A stretch of 64,000 nucleotides of DNA from Candidatus Equicola faecalis (GTDB taxonomy: Bacteria > Bacteroidota > Bacteroidia > Bacteroidales > Bacteroidaceae): positions 60,042-124,041 of the forward strand of contig JAGHTU010000004.1 in the NCBI GenBank assembly GCA_018065185.1, in the 5' to 3' direction. The notes below the pieces were generated by a model that worked only from the letters and a program-made list of their open reading frames with translations, did no database searches and was not told where the DNA came from. Shown piece by piece: positions 1 to 9,637 of this stretch; within the stretch, counting starts at the first letter, position 1; each line of letters opens with the position of its first letter. The position numbers and the translations under genes were made by a program.

Positions 1-561
1 TACCGTTATCAGCAGGACTTCAGGGAATGCTACAACGGTTGTCTGCAACGTGGCGTCCGTCCGATACTCTGCGGAGGTTCCGGACTTTACATTGAGTCCG
101 TCATCAACTCTTTCATCATTCCCGACAAGAAGAATGAGGAACAACGCCAGATCAGACACCGCGACAGACCGTTGAGCATGGGAGAAAAAGGAGAGAGAAT
201 CCCAACAGTGATCATCGGCCTACAGATTGACCGCGAACTGCGCAGGGAAAAGATTTCTCTGCGACTGAAGGAACGTCTCGAACAAGGGATGGTGGAAGAA
301 ATCAAAGAACTCCTAAAGACAGTACCTGCTGAGAAACTCATCTACTATGGACTGGAATATAAATATGTAACGGAATACGTTATCGGCACCCTGACCTACG
401 AAGAGATGTTCTCTCAGTTAGAGATAGCGATACACCAGTTTGCAAAACGCCAAATGACATGGTTTAGAGGTATGCAACGGCGTGGCATGCAGATACACTG
501 GATTGAGGCATCGCTGAAGATGGAAGAGAAAGTGTCACAAGCAATGAGACTGATAGTATAA
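1..561 (+). CDS. miaA: tRNA dimethylallyltransferase, 5' end outside the window
   Basis: Frame 1 is open from base 1. It has PILCGGSGLYIES, RLEQGMVEE, YGLEYK and the C-terminal HQFAKRQMTWFR motif typical of MiaA. Confidence 0.9.
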   Translation, partial: YRYQQDFRECYNGCLQRGVRPILCGGSGLYIESVINSFIIPDKKNEEQRQIRHRDRPLSMGEKGERIPTVIIGLQIDRELRREKISLRLKERLEQGMVEEIKELLKTVPAEKLIYYGLEYKYVTEYVIGTLTYEEMFSQLEIAIHQFAKRQMTWFRGMQRRGMQIHWIEASLKMEEKVSQAMRLIV

Positions 562-588
562 CACCGCGAAGGCGGTCTGCCCCATCTC

Positions 589-1599
589 TTAATGCAGGAT
601 AAAGAACAAGAGTTCTTTCATCAGTTCGCCAGCCGGAGTGTTCGGGTTGTCCAGTCCTTTCGACTTGGCATCAATCTCGCGGAGTTTATGTATTATCTGT
701 AACGTCTTACCTGCAGAATAGTTGCGCAGTCCGTCATAATAATTGCGCGCCATCCATGATGAGATTCCGAGCCACTCCCCTATCCCACGGGCATCTTTCA
801 CCGGAGAATAATGCGCCTGCATCAGCATGGCGAAATACTGAAACAGGAGAGGAAGGATGGAATACACACTCCCTGCCTTTGGGTTCTTATCGAAATAATC
901 GGCTATTTGATTTGCTTTGAACACATTTTTTGAGATGATGGCATCACGAAGTTCAAAGGCATTAAAATCCTTGTTGACACCGATTTTCTCCTCTACGAGT
1001 TCTGGCGTCACGCGCCGATTATCACCGTCCAGTCCTATCTTCAACTTATCCAGTTCTGACGTGAGCCGGTTAAGGTCGCTCCCAATAGCATCGGCTATTA
1101 TCCCTGCGGTCTTATTATCTATAGCAATGGAATCTTCCTGAAGGTAGAATATGATGAAGCCGGGCAGTTCCTGCTCCTTCACCTTCTTACTTTCGAGCAT
1201 CGCCACGGAGTCATTCTTTTCCAGCAATGACGTCAGACGTTTCCGCTTGTCCAGACTGCCGTTCTTATGGCAGAACACCAACAGGGTCGATGGCATCGGA
1301 TGAGCGATATATGCCTCCAGAGCATCCGTATTCTTAATCCCCTGTGCTTCGCGCACTATGATGACCTGCCTTTCTGCCATCATCGGATAGCGCTTGGCCA
1401 TGCTCAGCAGTTCCTCCATCGTGATGTCAGCCCCGAAGACGACAGTCTGATTGAAACCCTGCTCTTCCTCCGTAAGCACATTATGCTCTATATAGTCAGC
1501 CACCTTATCTATATAATACGACTCCTCGCCCATAAGATAATATATGGGAAAGTATCGCTGTGCCTGTAGGTCACGCATCATGGCATTATAGGTCTGCAT
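589..1599 (-). CDS. holA: DNA polymerase III delta subunit
   Basis: 336 aa with PIYYLMGEESYYID, AKRYPMMAERQVIIVREAQ and SELDKL, the Bacteroidetes HolA pattern. Confidence 0.9.
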   Translation of the reverse strand: MQTYNAMMRDLQAQRYFPIYYLMGEESYYIDKVADYIEHNVLTEEEQGFNQTVVFGADITMEELLSMAKRYPMMAERQVIIVREAQGIKNTDALEAYIAHPMPSTLLVFCHKNGSLDKRKRLTSLLEKNDSVAMLESKKVKEQELPGFIIFYLQEDSIAIDNKTAGIIADAIGSDLNRLTSELDKLKIGLDGDNRRVTPELVEEKIGVNKDFNAFELRDAIISKNVFKANQIADYFDKNPKAGSVYSILPLLFQYFAMLMQAHYSPVKDARGIGEWLGISSWMARNYYDGLRNYSAGKTLQIIHKLREIDAKSKGLDNPNTPAGELMKELLFFILH

Positions 1600-1982
1600 A
1601 ATCGGGTAGTGTGGTTAAAAATTCATATTTTCCCTCATTCACAACACAGCACATCAGGCTTTGCCCGTTTGTCATCACAAGATATTTAACACCGAGTATG
1701 CTGTTGTAGTCGAGCAACTGATTGAACACTTTTTGCGACAACTGAACCGTAGGAGCCTTATATTCAATTATCATAAATGGTGTGAGTGTCTTTGAATACA
1801 ACACCGTATCGCACCGTAGCTTTTTCACACCGCATTTCAGTTCCACTTCATTTGCCATCAGCCCTTGCGGATAGCCTTTTTCGGCGATGAGATAAGCTAC
1901 AAAATGCTGTCTAACCCCTTCCTCTGGAGTCAGAGCAACATATTTACGGCGCAACACGTCAAACACCTGTTTACATCTCATC
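1586..1982 (-). CDS. HsdR N-terminal-like (HSDR_N_2) domain protein, conserved neighbour of holA
   Basis: FDVLRRKYVALTPEExVRQ, RCDTV, IIEYKAP, QLLDYN and MTNG motifs. The start is probably the ATG at about 1982, overlapping the upstream stop. Confidence 0.75.
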
Positions 1983-2843
1983 CTCTGACGGAATATCAGC
2001 CTCACTGGCATCAGGCACTATCGGAGCCACCTTTGGCTCTGCCGTCTTACGCACCGTCTTACGTTTTGGTTTTTCCTGAGCAGGAACTGAGATTCCTGCC
2101 AATTCCGGATCGACAAGTATTCTTCCGCAGTATTCACAGACGATAATCTTCTTGTGCATCTTTATGTCCAACTGACGCTGTGGAGGTATCTGGGCAAAGC
2201 ATCCGCCACAAGCATCACGCTGAATAGGCACGATACCGAGACCATTACGCACGTTCTTACGTATGCGCTTAAATGATGTCAGCAGACGCGGTTCTATCTT
2301 TGCTTCAAGTTCCACGACATCGGCTTTCAGCGTTTCTTCCTCCTGACGTGTCTCTTCCACAATCTCGTTCAGCTCCTTACGCTTCACTTCAAGGTCTGAT
2401 TTGCGCTCTTTCATATTCGCCTTTGCCTGTTCCAGCTCTTCCTGCTTCACCTCCAGACGTTTGTTGCCTTCACGGATTTTTTTCTGGGCGAGTTCTATTT
2501 CGAGCGACTGAAATTCTATCTCCTTGCTGAGCGTATCGTATTCGCGATTGTTCTTGACATCATTAAGTTGTTGTTTGTAGCGCTCCACAGTCTCATTGGA
2601 GAGCACTATCTCATTATTCTTTTCGCTGATGGCAGTATTTATTTCCTTTATCTCAGCCTTTATCTTCTCTACGCGTGTATTGAGACCTTCCAGTTCGTCT
2701 TCAAGGTCTTGCACCTCAAGTGGCAATTCGCCTCTAAGAGCACGTTTCTCGTCAATTGCAGTAAGTGTCTGCTGCAGTTTATAAAGTAGTTTCAATCTCT
2801 CCTCGACAGTCATCTCTGTCGGATTCACATTTGTAGTTTCCAT
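1971..2843 (-). CDS. Coiled-coil protein with C4 zinc ribbon (DUF164/zf-RING_7 family)
   Basis: Long coiled coil followed by CGGC and CEYCGRIL. Lies next to a Nif3 gene, as is usual for this family. Confidence 0.85.
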   Translation of the reverse strand: METTNVNPTEMTVEERLKLLYKLQQTLTAIDEKRALRGELPLEVQDLEDELEGLNTRVEKIKAEIKEINTAISEKNNEIVLSNETVERYKQQLNDVKNNREYDTLSKEIEFQSLEIELAQKKIREGNKRLEVKQEELEQAKANMKERKSDLEVKRKELNEIVEETRQEEETLKADVVELEAKIEPRLLTSFKRIRKNVRNGLGIVPIQRDACGGCFAQIPPQRQLDIKMHKKIIVCEYCGRILVDPELAGISVPAQEKPKRKTVRKTAEPKVAPIVPDASEADIPSEDEM

Positions 2844-2867
2844 TATTATTTATTTTTTATTGGTTTA

Positions 2868-3662
2868 TTATATCACAACTATAGGATTGGTGCAGGTTAT
2901 AGCCATTACTATTTTCATTTGTGGATAGGCAACAGCGAGAATCTCACGGAACACCTCCTGTGTGAACTGCTCCGACTCATAATGCCCCATCACGGCTATC
3001 TGTATCTCATCCTCATGACCGAAGTATTCGTGATAGTGCATCTCGCCTGTGAGGAACGCATCTGCCCCCTGCCGTATCGCTTCATCAAGCATGAATGCTC
3101 CTGCACCGCCACACATCGCCACAGTCCTGACTTCCTTACGGTTGCAACGGTTCGTCATGAGTGCCTGTATCGAGAAACGCTCTTTCAGCATCTGCAGAAA
3201 CTCTGCTGTAGGCATCGGATGAGGCAGGATGCCGATAGCTCCGCCACCGTTTTCCACAGGCGAAGCATCTGAACAGACCGCCTGCAAGGGTTTGACAGCA
3301 GTCAGTTCTATCTTCTCTGCCATGCGGAAGTTCACGCCACCATGCGCATTGTCCATATTCGTATGCATCGAGATGACGGAAATATCATTCTTTATGCACA
3401 TGCGTATCGTGCGCTGCACATAATCCGCATCACTCACGCATTTCACCCCACGGAAAAGCAGAGGATGATGCGACACAATCAGGTTGCACCCCTCACGCTG
3501 TGCCTCGCGCACGATATCCTCGTTTACGTCAAGACACAATAATACCCCTGATACATCCGTCTCTGTCAATCCTATCTGCAAGCCGGCATTATCCCAGTCT
3601 TCCTGCAGTGGCAGAGGCGCGAACTTCTCAAGGGTCACTAAAACATCCTTTATCCTTGCCAC
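2868..3662 (-). CDS. Nif3-like dinuclear metal centre protein
   Basis: EDWDNAGLQIG, SHHPLLF, HTNMD and GHYESE motifs. The start is probably the GTG at 3662. Confidence 0.9.
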   Translation of the reverse strand: MARIKDVLVTLEKFAPLPLQEDWDNAGLQIGLTETDVSGVLLCLDVNEDIVREAQREGCNLIVSHHPLLFRGVKCVSDADYVQRTIRMCIKNDISVISMHTNMDNAHGGVNFRMAEKIELTAVKPLQAVCSDASPVENGGGAIGILPHPMPTAEFLQMLKERFSIQALMTNRCNRKEVRTVAMCGGAGAFMLDEAIRQGADAFLTGEMHYHEYFGHEDEIQIAVMGHYESEQFTQEVFREILAVAYPQMKIVMAITCTNPIVVI

Positions 3663-3914
3663 GCTCCTTGCGTAAAATTTTATAGTGCAAAAATAATGAA
3701 AGCAGAGAGTAATACAAAATAAAAACGCATAAAATTTCTCTAACACCTTATTAAAACGTGCGTGCGCGCACGCGCGCGCGAGAGAGAAGCCTCTCCTTTT
3801 AGGGAAGGGTTTGGGATAGGCTACTTCGCTCTGCGAGTCATTGGCTCTGCCACTTCGATAGTCGAAGAAACATTAATAAGGACTGCGAGAAATTGAAAAG
3901 CGAGAGACGGAAAC

Positions 3915-4243
3915 CGGATTCCCATCAAGGGAAATTTGGATACCCATCGAAGGGATTCCGTATAACCATCGAAGGGGTCTCGTATAACCATCGAAGGGAT
4001 GCCATAGAGGGCATCAGGAGACCCTCTCGACAGCATCAGAACACCCCCAAGAAAGCACCGAGGAATCCCTTCGATTGGAACAGATATTCCGCGACTTCGG
4101 AGGCTGAAAACCAAGCGTGCGTTTGACCTCTCACAAACGATGGGAAGAGGAGGCACAAACGAGCGTTTGTCGAAGCCCAAACGAGCGTTTGTCGAAGCCC
4201 AATCGAGCGTTTGTCGAAAAGCAATCGTGCGTTTGTCGAAAAA
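3915..4243 (+). repeat. Dispersed non-coding element family A, copy 1, with two 4 x 22-bp arrays
   Basis: Arrays at 3921-4008 (CCATCGAAGGG core) and 4156-4243 (CAAACGAGCGTTTGTCGAAGCC). A closely similar inverted copy lies at 53205-53532. Confidence 0.9.
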
Positions 4244-4497
4244 CATACATCCATTTGTCGTTTTTAGATGCTTTAGGCACACGAAAGTAGTATCGGATTT
4301 GAGGTGTTTTACCAACATTTAGGTGGGTTCCATAAATTATATTGAGATGATTTTAGATTTATTTTTGAACAGATTTCATTAATTGACGAAAGCCTATAAT
4401 AGGATACTAAAAGGTACCAACGAATCAAAATTCATGAGAAAAACACGAAAGTAATTGAATATAAATCACTAATTTTGTAGCGTTATTTATCCATGAC

Positions 4498-4728
4498 ATG
4501 GAAGATATTAATCGAATAAAATTGGTTTTAGTAGAGAAGAAACGCACAGCAAAGTGGTTGTCTGAGGAAATGGGTGTCAATCCCTCGACTGTGAGTAAGT
4601 GGTGCACCAACTCGTCTCAACCAGACCTTGGTAGCTTGCTTAAGATTGCGGACCTTCTTAAGGTTGACATCAAAGAGCTACTCGTAAGAGAATACAAACA
4701 TTTTCTCCTATCTCAAGAGTCAAAGTAA
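4498..4728 (+). CDS. XRE-family HTH transcriptional regulator, possible R-M controller
   Basis: NRIKLVLVEKKRTAKWLSEEMGVNPSTVSKWCTNSSQP. A TAATTTTG -7 element sits at about 4470. Confidence 0.9.
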   Translation: MEDINRIKLVLVEKKRTAKWLSEEMGVNPSTVSKWCTNSSQPDLGSLLKIADLLKVDIKELLVREYKHFLLSQESK

Positions 4729-4868
4729 AAGGTTATGGATTATACGAGTGGATTACATATCAAGTCGGTGAAGGATGTTGTAACATATAATATCACTTTG
4801 CATTCGTACGTAAGTAGGAGTTGATTTGGTTCATCGAATAGTGAAAATGAAAACAAAACCACAAATCA

Positions 4869-4994
4869 ATGATGCAACAAGAGAACATCCCAATAAAAGT
4901 AGGATTGCTTGAGCTCCTCTATGGCAGTCAGGGAACACAGTTTGTGATTCCTGCCTATCAGCGTAATTATACTTGGGTGGCGATAAATAAATAA
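4869..4994 (+). pseudogene. N-terminal remnant of a DUF262 (GmrS/ParB-like) gene
   Basis: Hand translation gives MMQQENIPIKVGLLELLYGSQGTQFVIPAYQRNYTWVAINK*. FVIPxYQRxYxW is the DUF262 N-terminal motif. It stops 2 nt before the methylase ATG. Confidence 0.8.
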
Positions 4995-4996
4995 CT

Positions 4997-6205
4997 ATGG
5001 CTAAGAAAAAATATAAAATAGCATCTCTGTTTTCAGGTTGTGGAGGCCTTGATTTAGGCTTTTCTGGCGGCTTTAGTTTTCTTGGAAATGATTACAAACG
5101 ACTAAACACAACAATTGTTTTTGCAAATGATTTTGATTCAGACGCATGTAAATGCTATAATGCGAATCAACTATTGGTTAATGATGGAGAGACCTGTTTA
5201 TTAGAGGACATTCGGGATATTGATGCCAATAGCATTCCTGATTTCGATATATTGCTTGCAGGCTTTCCATGTCAGCCGTTTTCAAATGCTGGAAACAGAA
5301 AAGGTGTTAATGATGACAATGGTAGAGGAACTTTGTTTGAAGAATGTGAAAGGATAATACGAGCGAAAATAAAATCCAATAAACGCCCCCAAGCATTCTT
5401 ATTTGAAAATGTTAGAGGAATTCTTTCTTCAAAAATGCCAGATGGAGAAACCTCTGTTCCACAAGAAATTCAGAAAAGGATGGAATCTTTAGGGTACGGC
5501 GTTAGTATGAAACTTGTCTGCTCAAGTGATTACGGTGTTCCTCAACAAAGATATAGAGTGCTAATTATTGGCATTGATAAGCAATTGGGGAAGAGTCCTT
5601 TCGATTTTAATTCTTTAATGGATGTGGTTAAACAATCACATATTCCATCTAAATTGATGGGAAATGATGAAAAATTACTGTTAGGCTACGTGTTAAAAGG
5701 GGTTCATGAACACGAGGATGATGTCGTGTGGGATTATAGTGCCACAACGCAAAAAACAGTTGAACTAATTGGATGCTGTCAACATGGACAGAAAGCAATG
5801 GATTTTTTTTATGATGGCTATTCAAAACAAGATTTACCAGCTGTCGTTTTTGAAGGTCGTTCATGGAAAAATATTCCATACGAAAAGCTCTCTCCGCGTT
5901 TTAAAAAGATAGCGGATGACCCGAAAAAATATCATGCACCAAAGTTTTTTAGACGGTTTGCTTTCGGTGAAATCAATGGCACTATTACAGCTTCTGCTCA
6001 ACCAGAAAATTGTGGTATTACTCACCCTGTTGAAAATAGACGTTATTCTGTCCGTGAGATTGCAAGAATACAATCGTTTCCAGATGAATTTAGGTTTAAC
6101 GCAATCCCGTTGCAGTCACAGTATAAAGTTATTGGCAATGCTGTCCCTCCCGTAATGGCATGGGTTGTTGCAACAGCGTTGTTGAATCATTTACAAGATA
6201 AATAA
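4997..6205 (+). CDS. DNA (cytosine-5)-methyltransferase
   Basis: Motif I SLFSGCGG, IV GFPCQPFS, VI FENVRG, VIII PQQRYRV, IX-X REIARIQSFP and IGNAVPP. Confidence 0.95.
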   Translation: MAKKKYKIASLFSGCGGLDLGFSGGFSFLGNDYKRLNTTIVFANDFDSDACKCYNANQLLVNDGETCLLEDIRDIDANSIPDFDILLAGFPCQPFSNAGNRKGVNDDNGRGTLFEECERIIRAKIKSNKRPQAFLFENVRGILSSKMPDGETSVPQEIQKRMESLGYGVSMKLVCSSDYGVPQQRYRVLIIGIDKQLGKSPFDFNSLMDVVKQSHIPSKLMGNDEKLLLGYVLKGVHEHEDDVVWDYSATTQKTVELIGCCQHGQKAMDFFYDGYSKQDLPAVVFEGRSWKNIPYEKLSPRFKKIADDPKKYHAPKFFRRFAFGEINGTITASAQPENCGITHPVENRRYSVREIARIQSFPDEFRFNAIPLQSQYKVIGNAVPPVMAWVVATALLNHLQDK

Positions 6206-6213
6206 GGATTATT

Positions 6214-8043
6214 ATGGCATATTTGGCAAAATCAACTGTATTAAAAGCTTATCAATTACTCTCTAATATTGATACTGATAAACGTCAAGGACTTACTCAA
6301 AAGGTCAGTGCATTAAAATATGCATCTGCGTTAGACAGATACTATCTGTTTCACAATCAAAATTGCAATTTAAAACAATCGGTAAATAAAGATTTGTTTG
6401 CATCTTATGTCGGTGAAATCGTAAAAATCAATAACGAACAATGCACAAAAGATTTCTTTTTAGGTGTTTCGGCAAATGGTCGGGATTTTGATTGCGGTAG
6501 CAATTTCTTTTCACAGTCTTCGGTAAAAGATTCGAGAACAAATCCTTACGAAACTTTTTTGTATCCCAAACGATCAGGTTGGCAACCGGTAATGGATGTT
6601 AAGGATCAAGAGCTTATATTTCGTTCTGATTATCTACCTGATGTTTTCTCATTTTATTTGGGAACCTCTGAATTGAGATTGGCTTTTATAATTTGGCTTT
6701 TGCGTTTTACTGAAATTGGGGAAGAAAATTTGGATGGATTAAGATTATCATTAATTAATACCTTTTCAAATATTTTTTGTAATGCTCTTTATATAGATGC
6801 TGTAAACCATGTTGATACCTCTTATATCGAATTTGACAATGAAATGTGTCAGTTGAGCCAAGAAGATATTCTTTCTTTATTTAATTCAAGTAAAAAACAC
6901 TCATGTGAAAGCCCGTTATCAGCGAATATTCCTTTCCAGCAAATCTTCTACGGTGCTCCAGGCACAGGAAAGTCTCATGCCATCAATGAATTGACAGAGG
7001 GCGAAAGCGTGATTCGTACGACTTTCCATCCTGATAGTGATTATTCAACCTTTGTTGGTGCATATAAGCCAACAATGGGATTGTTGCCTATCTGTGATGA
7101 ATTGGGGCAGCCGATGAAGATTGGCAGCACAGTCCTTCATAAGGAGCAGATTATCTACGAGTTTGTTGACCAGGCTTTCTTGCAAGCATACGTACAAGCA
7201 TGGAAATACTATGCAGAGAATAGCGATGATGCAAAGAAACAGTATCTTGTGATTGAAGAAATTAACCGTGGCAACTGTGCACAGATATTCGGCGACCTCT
7301 TCCAGTTGCTTGACCGTAACGACTATGGTTTCTCTGTATATCCTATCAATGCTGATAAGGATATGAAGAAGCAATTGGAAAAGGCATTCAAGAAGGATGG
7401 CAAGACTATCACCATCGAAGGAGCTGACAAAATAAATGCTCTTTATAAGGGTAAAGATGTGGTGAGCCAAGTACTCTCTGGTGACATTCTTTTATTGCCT
7501 GACAACCTCTACATCTGGGCAACAATGAATACCAGTGACCAAAGCCTGTTCCCTATTGATTCCGCCTTCAAACGCAGATGGGAATGGCAGTATATGCCTA
7601 TTGACAAGGGCTACGATGCCAGCGGTCAGGAAATCAAGTGGGCGATTGAAGGCGCCACCAAAAAGTTTGATTGGTGGTCTTTCCTCGAAAAGATAAATGC
7701 CCAGATTGGTGAAGCTACCCAATCGGAGGATAAGAAACTGGGATTCTTCTTCTGCAAGGCTTCTGATGGTGTTATCTCTGCCGAGAAGTTTGTAGGAAAG
7801 GTTATCTTCTATCTCTGGAATGACGTATTCAAGAACAACGGTTTTGATGGTCCTATCTTCAAGGATGTTGATGGAACGGAATTGTCATTCTCAAAATTCT
7901 ACAAATCAGACTCTAAAGGTAATGCCATCGTACAGAAGGATAAGGTAGAGTTGTTCTTAACGAATCTTGAGGTAGAATCTTCAGAAAAAAGTGATAAGAT
8001 AGACCGAGAAGCAGAGATTTCTACAACGATAATAGAACAATGA
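6214..8043 (+). CDS. McrB/LlaJI.R1-like AAA+ NTPase restriction subunit with an unrecognised N-terminal domain
   Basis: Walker A GAPGTGKS, TFHPDSDYSTFVG, Walker B IEEINRGN, McrB signature ATMNTSD and DSAFKRRW. Confidence 0.9.
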   Translation: MAYLAKSTVLKAYQLLSNIDTDKRQGLTQKVSALKYASALDRYYLFHNQNCNLKQSVNKDLFASYVGEIVKINNEQCTKDFFLGVSANGRDFDCGSNFFSQSSVKDSRTNPYETFLYPKRSGWQPVMDVKDQELIFRSDYLPDVFSFYLGTSELRLAFIIWLLRFTEIGEENLDGLRLSLINTFSNIFCNALYIDAVNHVDTSYIEFDNEMCQLSQEDILSLFNSSKKHSCESPLSANIPFQQIFYGAPGTGKSHAINELTEGESVIRTTFHPDSDYSTFVGAYKPTMGLLPICDELGQPMKIGSTVLHKEQIIYEFVDQAFLQAYVQAWKYYAENSDDAKKQYLVIEEINRGNCAQIFGDLFQLLDRNDYGFSVYPINADKDMKKQLEKAFKKDGKTITIEGADKINALYKGKDVVSQVLSGDILLLPDNLYIWATMNTSDQSLFPIDSAFKRRWEWQYMPIDKGYDASGQEIKWAIEGATKKFDWWSFLEKINAQIGEATQSEDKKLGFFFCKASDGVISAEKFVGKVIFYLWNDVFKNNGFDGPIFKDVDGTELSFSKFYKSDSKGNAIVQKDKVELFLTNLEVESSEKSDKIDREAEISTTIIEQ

Positions 8044-9614
8044 CAAAAGAAGAGTTCATAGAGTTATGCCGTTGTGGCGAAACTACGAAGGTACAATATA
8101 AAGAGTGCTTCACCACTCAGACGAAGATAGCACAAGAGATGGTGGCTTTTGCCAATACACATGGCGGGGTTATCCTTTTTGGCGTGAAGGATAAGACTGG
8201 TGATATGCTTGGACTTTCCTTCAAGCAATTACAAGACATAGGCTTGGAATTAGGAAATACAGCAAATGAGCAAGTGAAACCAGCCATATACATCGAGACT
8301 GAGGTAGTGAAGGTTGACGAGAATCGCTTTCTTGTGTGCCACATAGCCGAAGGGCGCAATAAACCCTACAAAACCAACAATGGCGAGATATGGGTGAAAC
8401 AGGGACAAGATAAGCGTCGTGTGACTGAGAATTCTGAGATTTTGGAGTTGTTTCAAGATTCTGGCTCATATTATGCCGAGGAAGCTGTCATCAAGGGAAG
8501 TTCTGTGGACGACCTCGAAAAGACACTCCTACGTGACTATTTCCTGAAAGTTTACGGCAAAGCTATAGAAGATTTTGACCAACCTTTGGAATTGATGCTA
8601 CGCAGTCTTAGCATAATGAATGATAAAGGTGAACTGACTCGTGCAGGTGTTCTTTACTTTGGTAAACACCCTCAGTTATTTGAACGTAGTTTCAAGATAA
8701 AGGCAGTGGCATTTGTCGGTAACAGCATTGGCGGAAGCCAGTATATTGACAGTCGAGACATAGAGGGCACTGTCCCTTGGATGTTCCGTGAGGGAATGGC
8801 ATTCTTGAAATCCATGCTGCATCATCGTCAAGAGGGCCAGAACTTCAACAGTGTTGGCGTGCTTGAAATTCCTGAGGTCGTATTGGAGGAGTTGCTACAA
8901 AATGCATTGGTACACATTGACCTACTTCATCCAGCCGCTGTGCGTCTGCTTGTCTTTGAAAATCGTATTGAGATAATAAATCCTGGCAAACTTTATGGTG
9001 GTTTGAAAGTAGAAGACATCAGGCTTGGTGCCTCAAAGCAACGCAATCCGTTAATGGCAGACTTTGCAGCAAAGACGATGATATACCGAGGTTTAGGTAG
9101 TGGTATCGTAAGAGCCTTGCGTGAGAATGTTGTCATAGATTTCATTAATGAAGACGATGCCAACCAGTTCCGTGTAATCATTTGGCGTACTACCCAAAAG
9201 GAGGTAATAGATGCCCAACGGGCAGAGCTCGCTACCCAAAAGAGTGATATTTTTGCCGAAGTAACTACCCAAAAGAATCTTTCTGCCATACAAAAGGAAG
9301 AGAAAAATAACGTTGATGCCATACAAAAGAGAGAAGAGTACATACAAAAGACCATACAAATGAGCGTTGATGCCATACAAAAGGGCATACAAAAGGTTTT
9401 GACAGAACGCAATCAGTCAATAACCGAGATTCAGATGTCTGTACTTCTTTATTTTGCCAAACACCCGACAGCATCAAGAAAAGATTATGTAAATGCTATA
9501 GAAGGTGCCACGGAAGGTGGTACAATTTCTGCAATAGGTCGTTTGCAGGAACTTGGTATTCTGAAACGTCAAGACGGAAAGAAAAACGGTTACTGGGTTG
9601 TTTTGTTTGAATAA
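8040..9614 (+). CDS. AlbA_2 (Schlafen-like) + HATPase_c_4 + C-terminal wHTH protein
   Basis: AFANTHGGVILFGVKD, ELLQNALVH, RIEIINPG, RNPLMA and GSGI, then an xxQK low-complexity linker and a C-terminal GYWVV wHTH end. Confidence 0.85.
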   Translation: MTKEEFIELCRCGETTKVQYKECFTTQTKIAQEMVAFANTHGGVILFGVKDKTGDMLGLSFKQLQDIGLELGNTANEQVKPAIYIETEVVKVDENRFLVCHIAEGRNKPYKTNNGEIWVKQGQDKRRVTENSEILELFQDSGSYYAEEAVIKGSSVDDLEKTLLRDYFLKVYGKAIEDFDQPLELMLRSLSIMNDKGELTRAGVLYFGKHPQLFERSFKIKAVAFVGNSIGGSQYIDSRDIEGTVPWMFREGMAFLKSMLHHRQEGQNFNSVGVLEIPEVVLEELLQNALVHIDLLHPAAVRLLVFENRIEIINPGKLYGGLKVEDIRLGASKQRNPLMADFAAKTMIYRGLGSGIVRALRENVVIDFINEDDANQFRVIIWRTTQKEVIDAQRAELATQKSDIFAEVTTQKNLSAIQKEEKNNVDAIQKREEYIQKTIQMSVDAIQKGIQKVLTERNQSITEIQMSVLLYFAKHPTASRKDYVNAIEGATEGGTISAIGRLQELGILKRQDGKKNGYWVVLFE

Positions 9615-9637
9615 AAATCATATAGATAAGGCATAAT

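Noticed and set aside
1586-2011. HsdR N-terminal domain gene as a type I R-M system
   Set aside because: It is a small stand-alone gene typically found next to holA in Bacteroidetes. No hsdM, hsdS or helicase domain is nearby.
3821-4318. ORFs over element family A (165 aa here, 159 aa at 53291-53770)
   Set aside because: Starts, stops and frames differ between the two copies, and a 22-bp period is not a multiple of 3. The similarity is at the DNA level.
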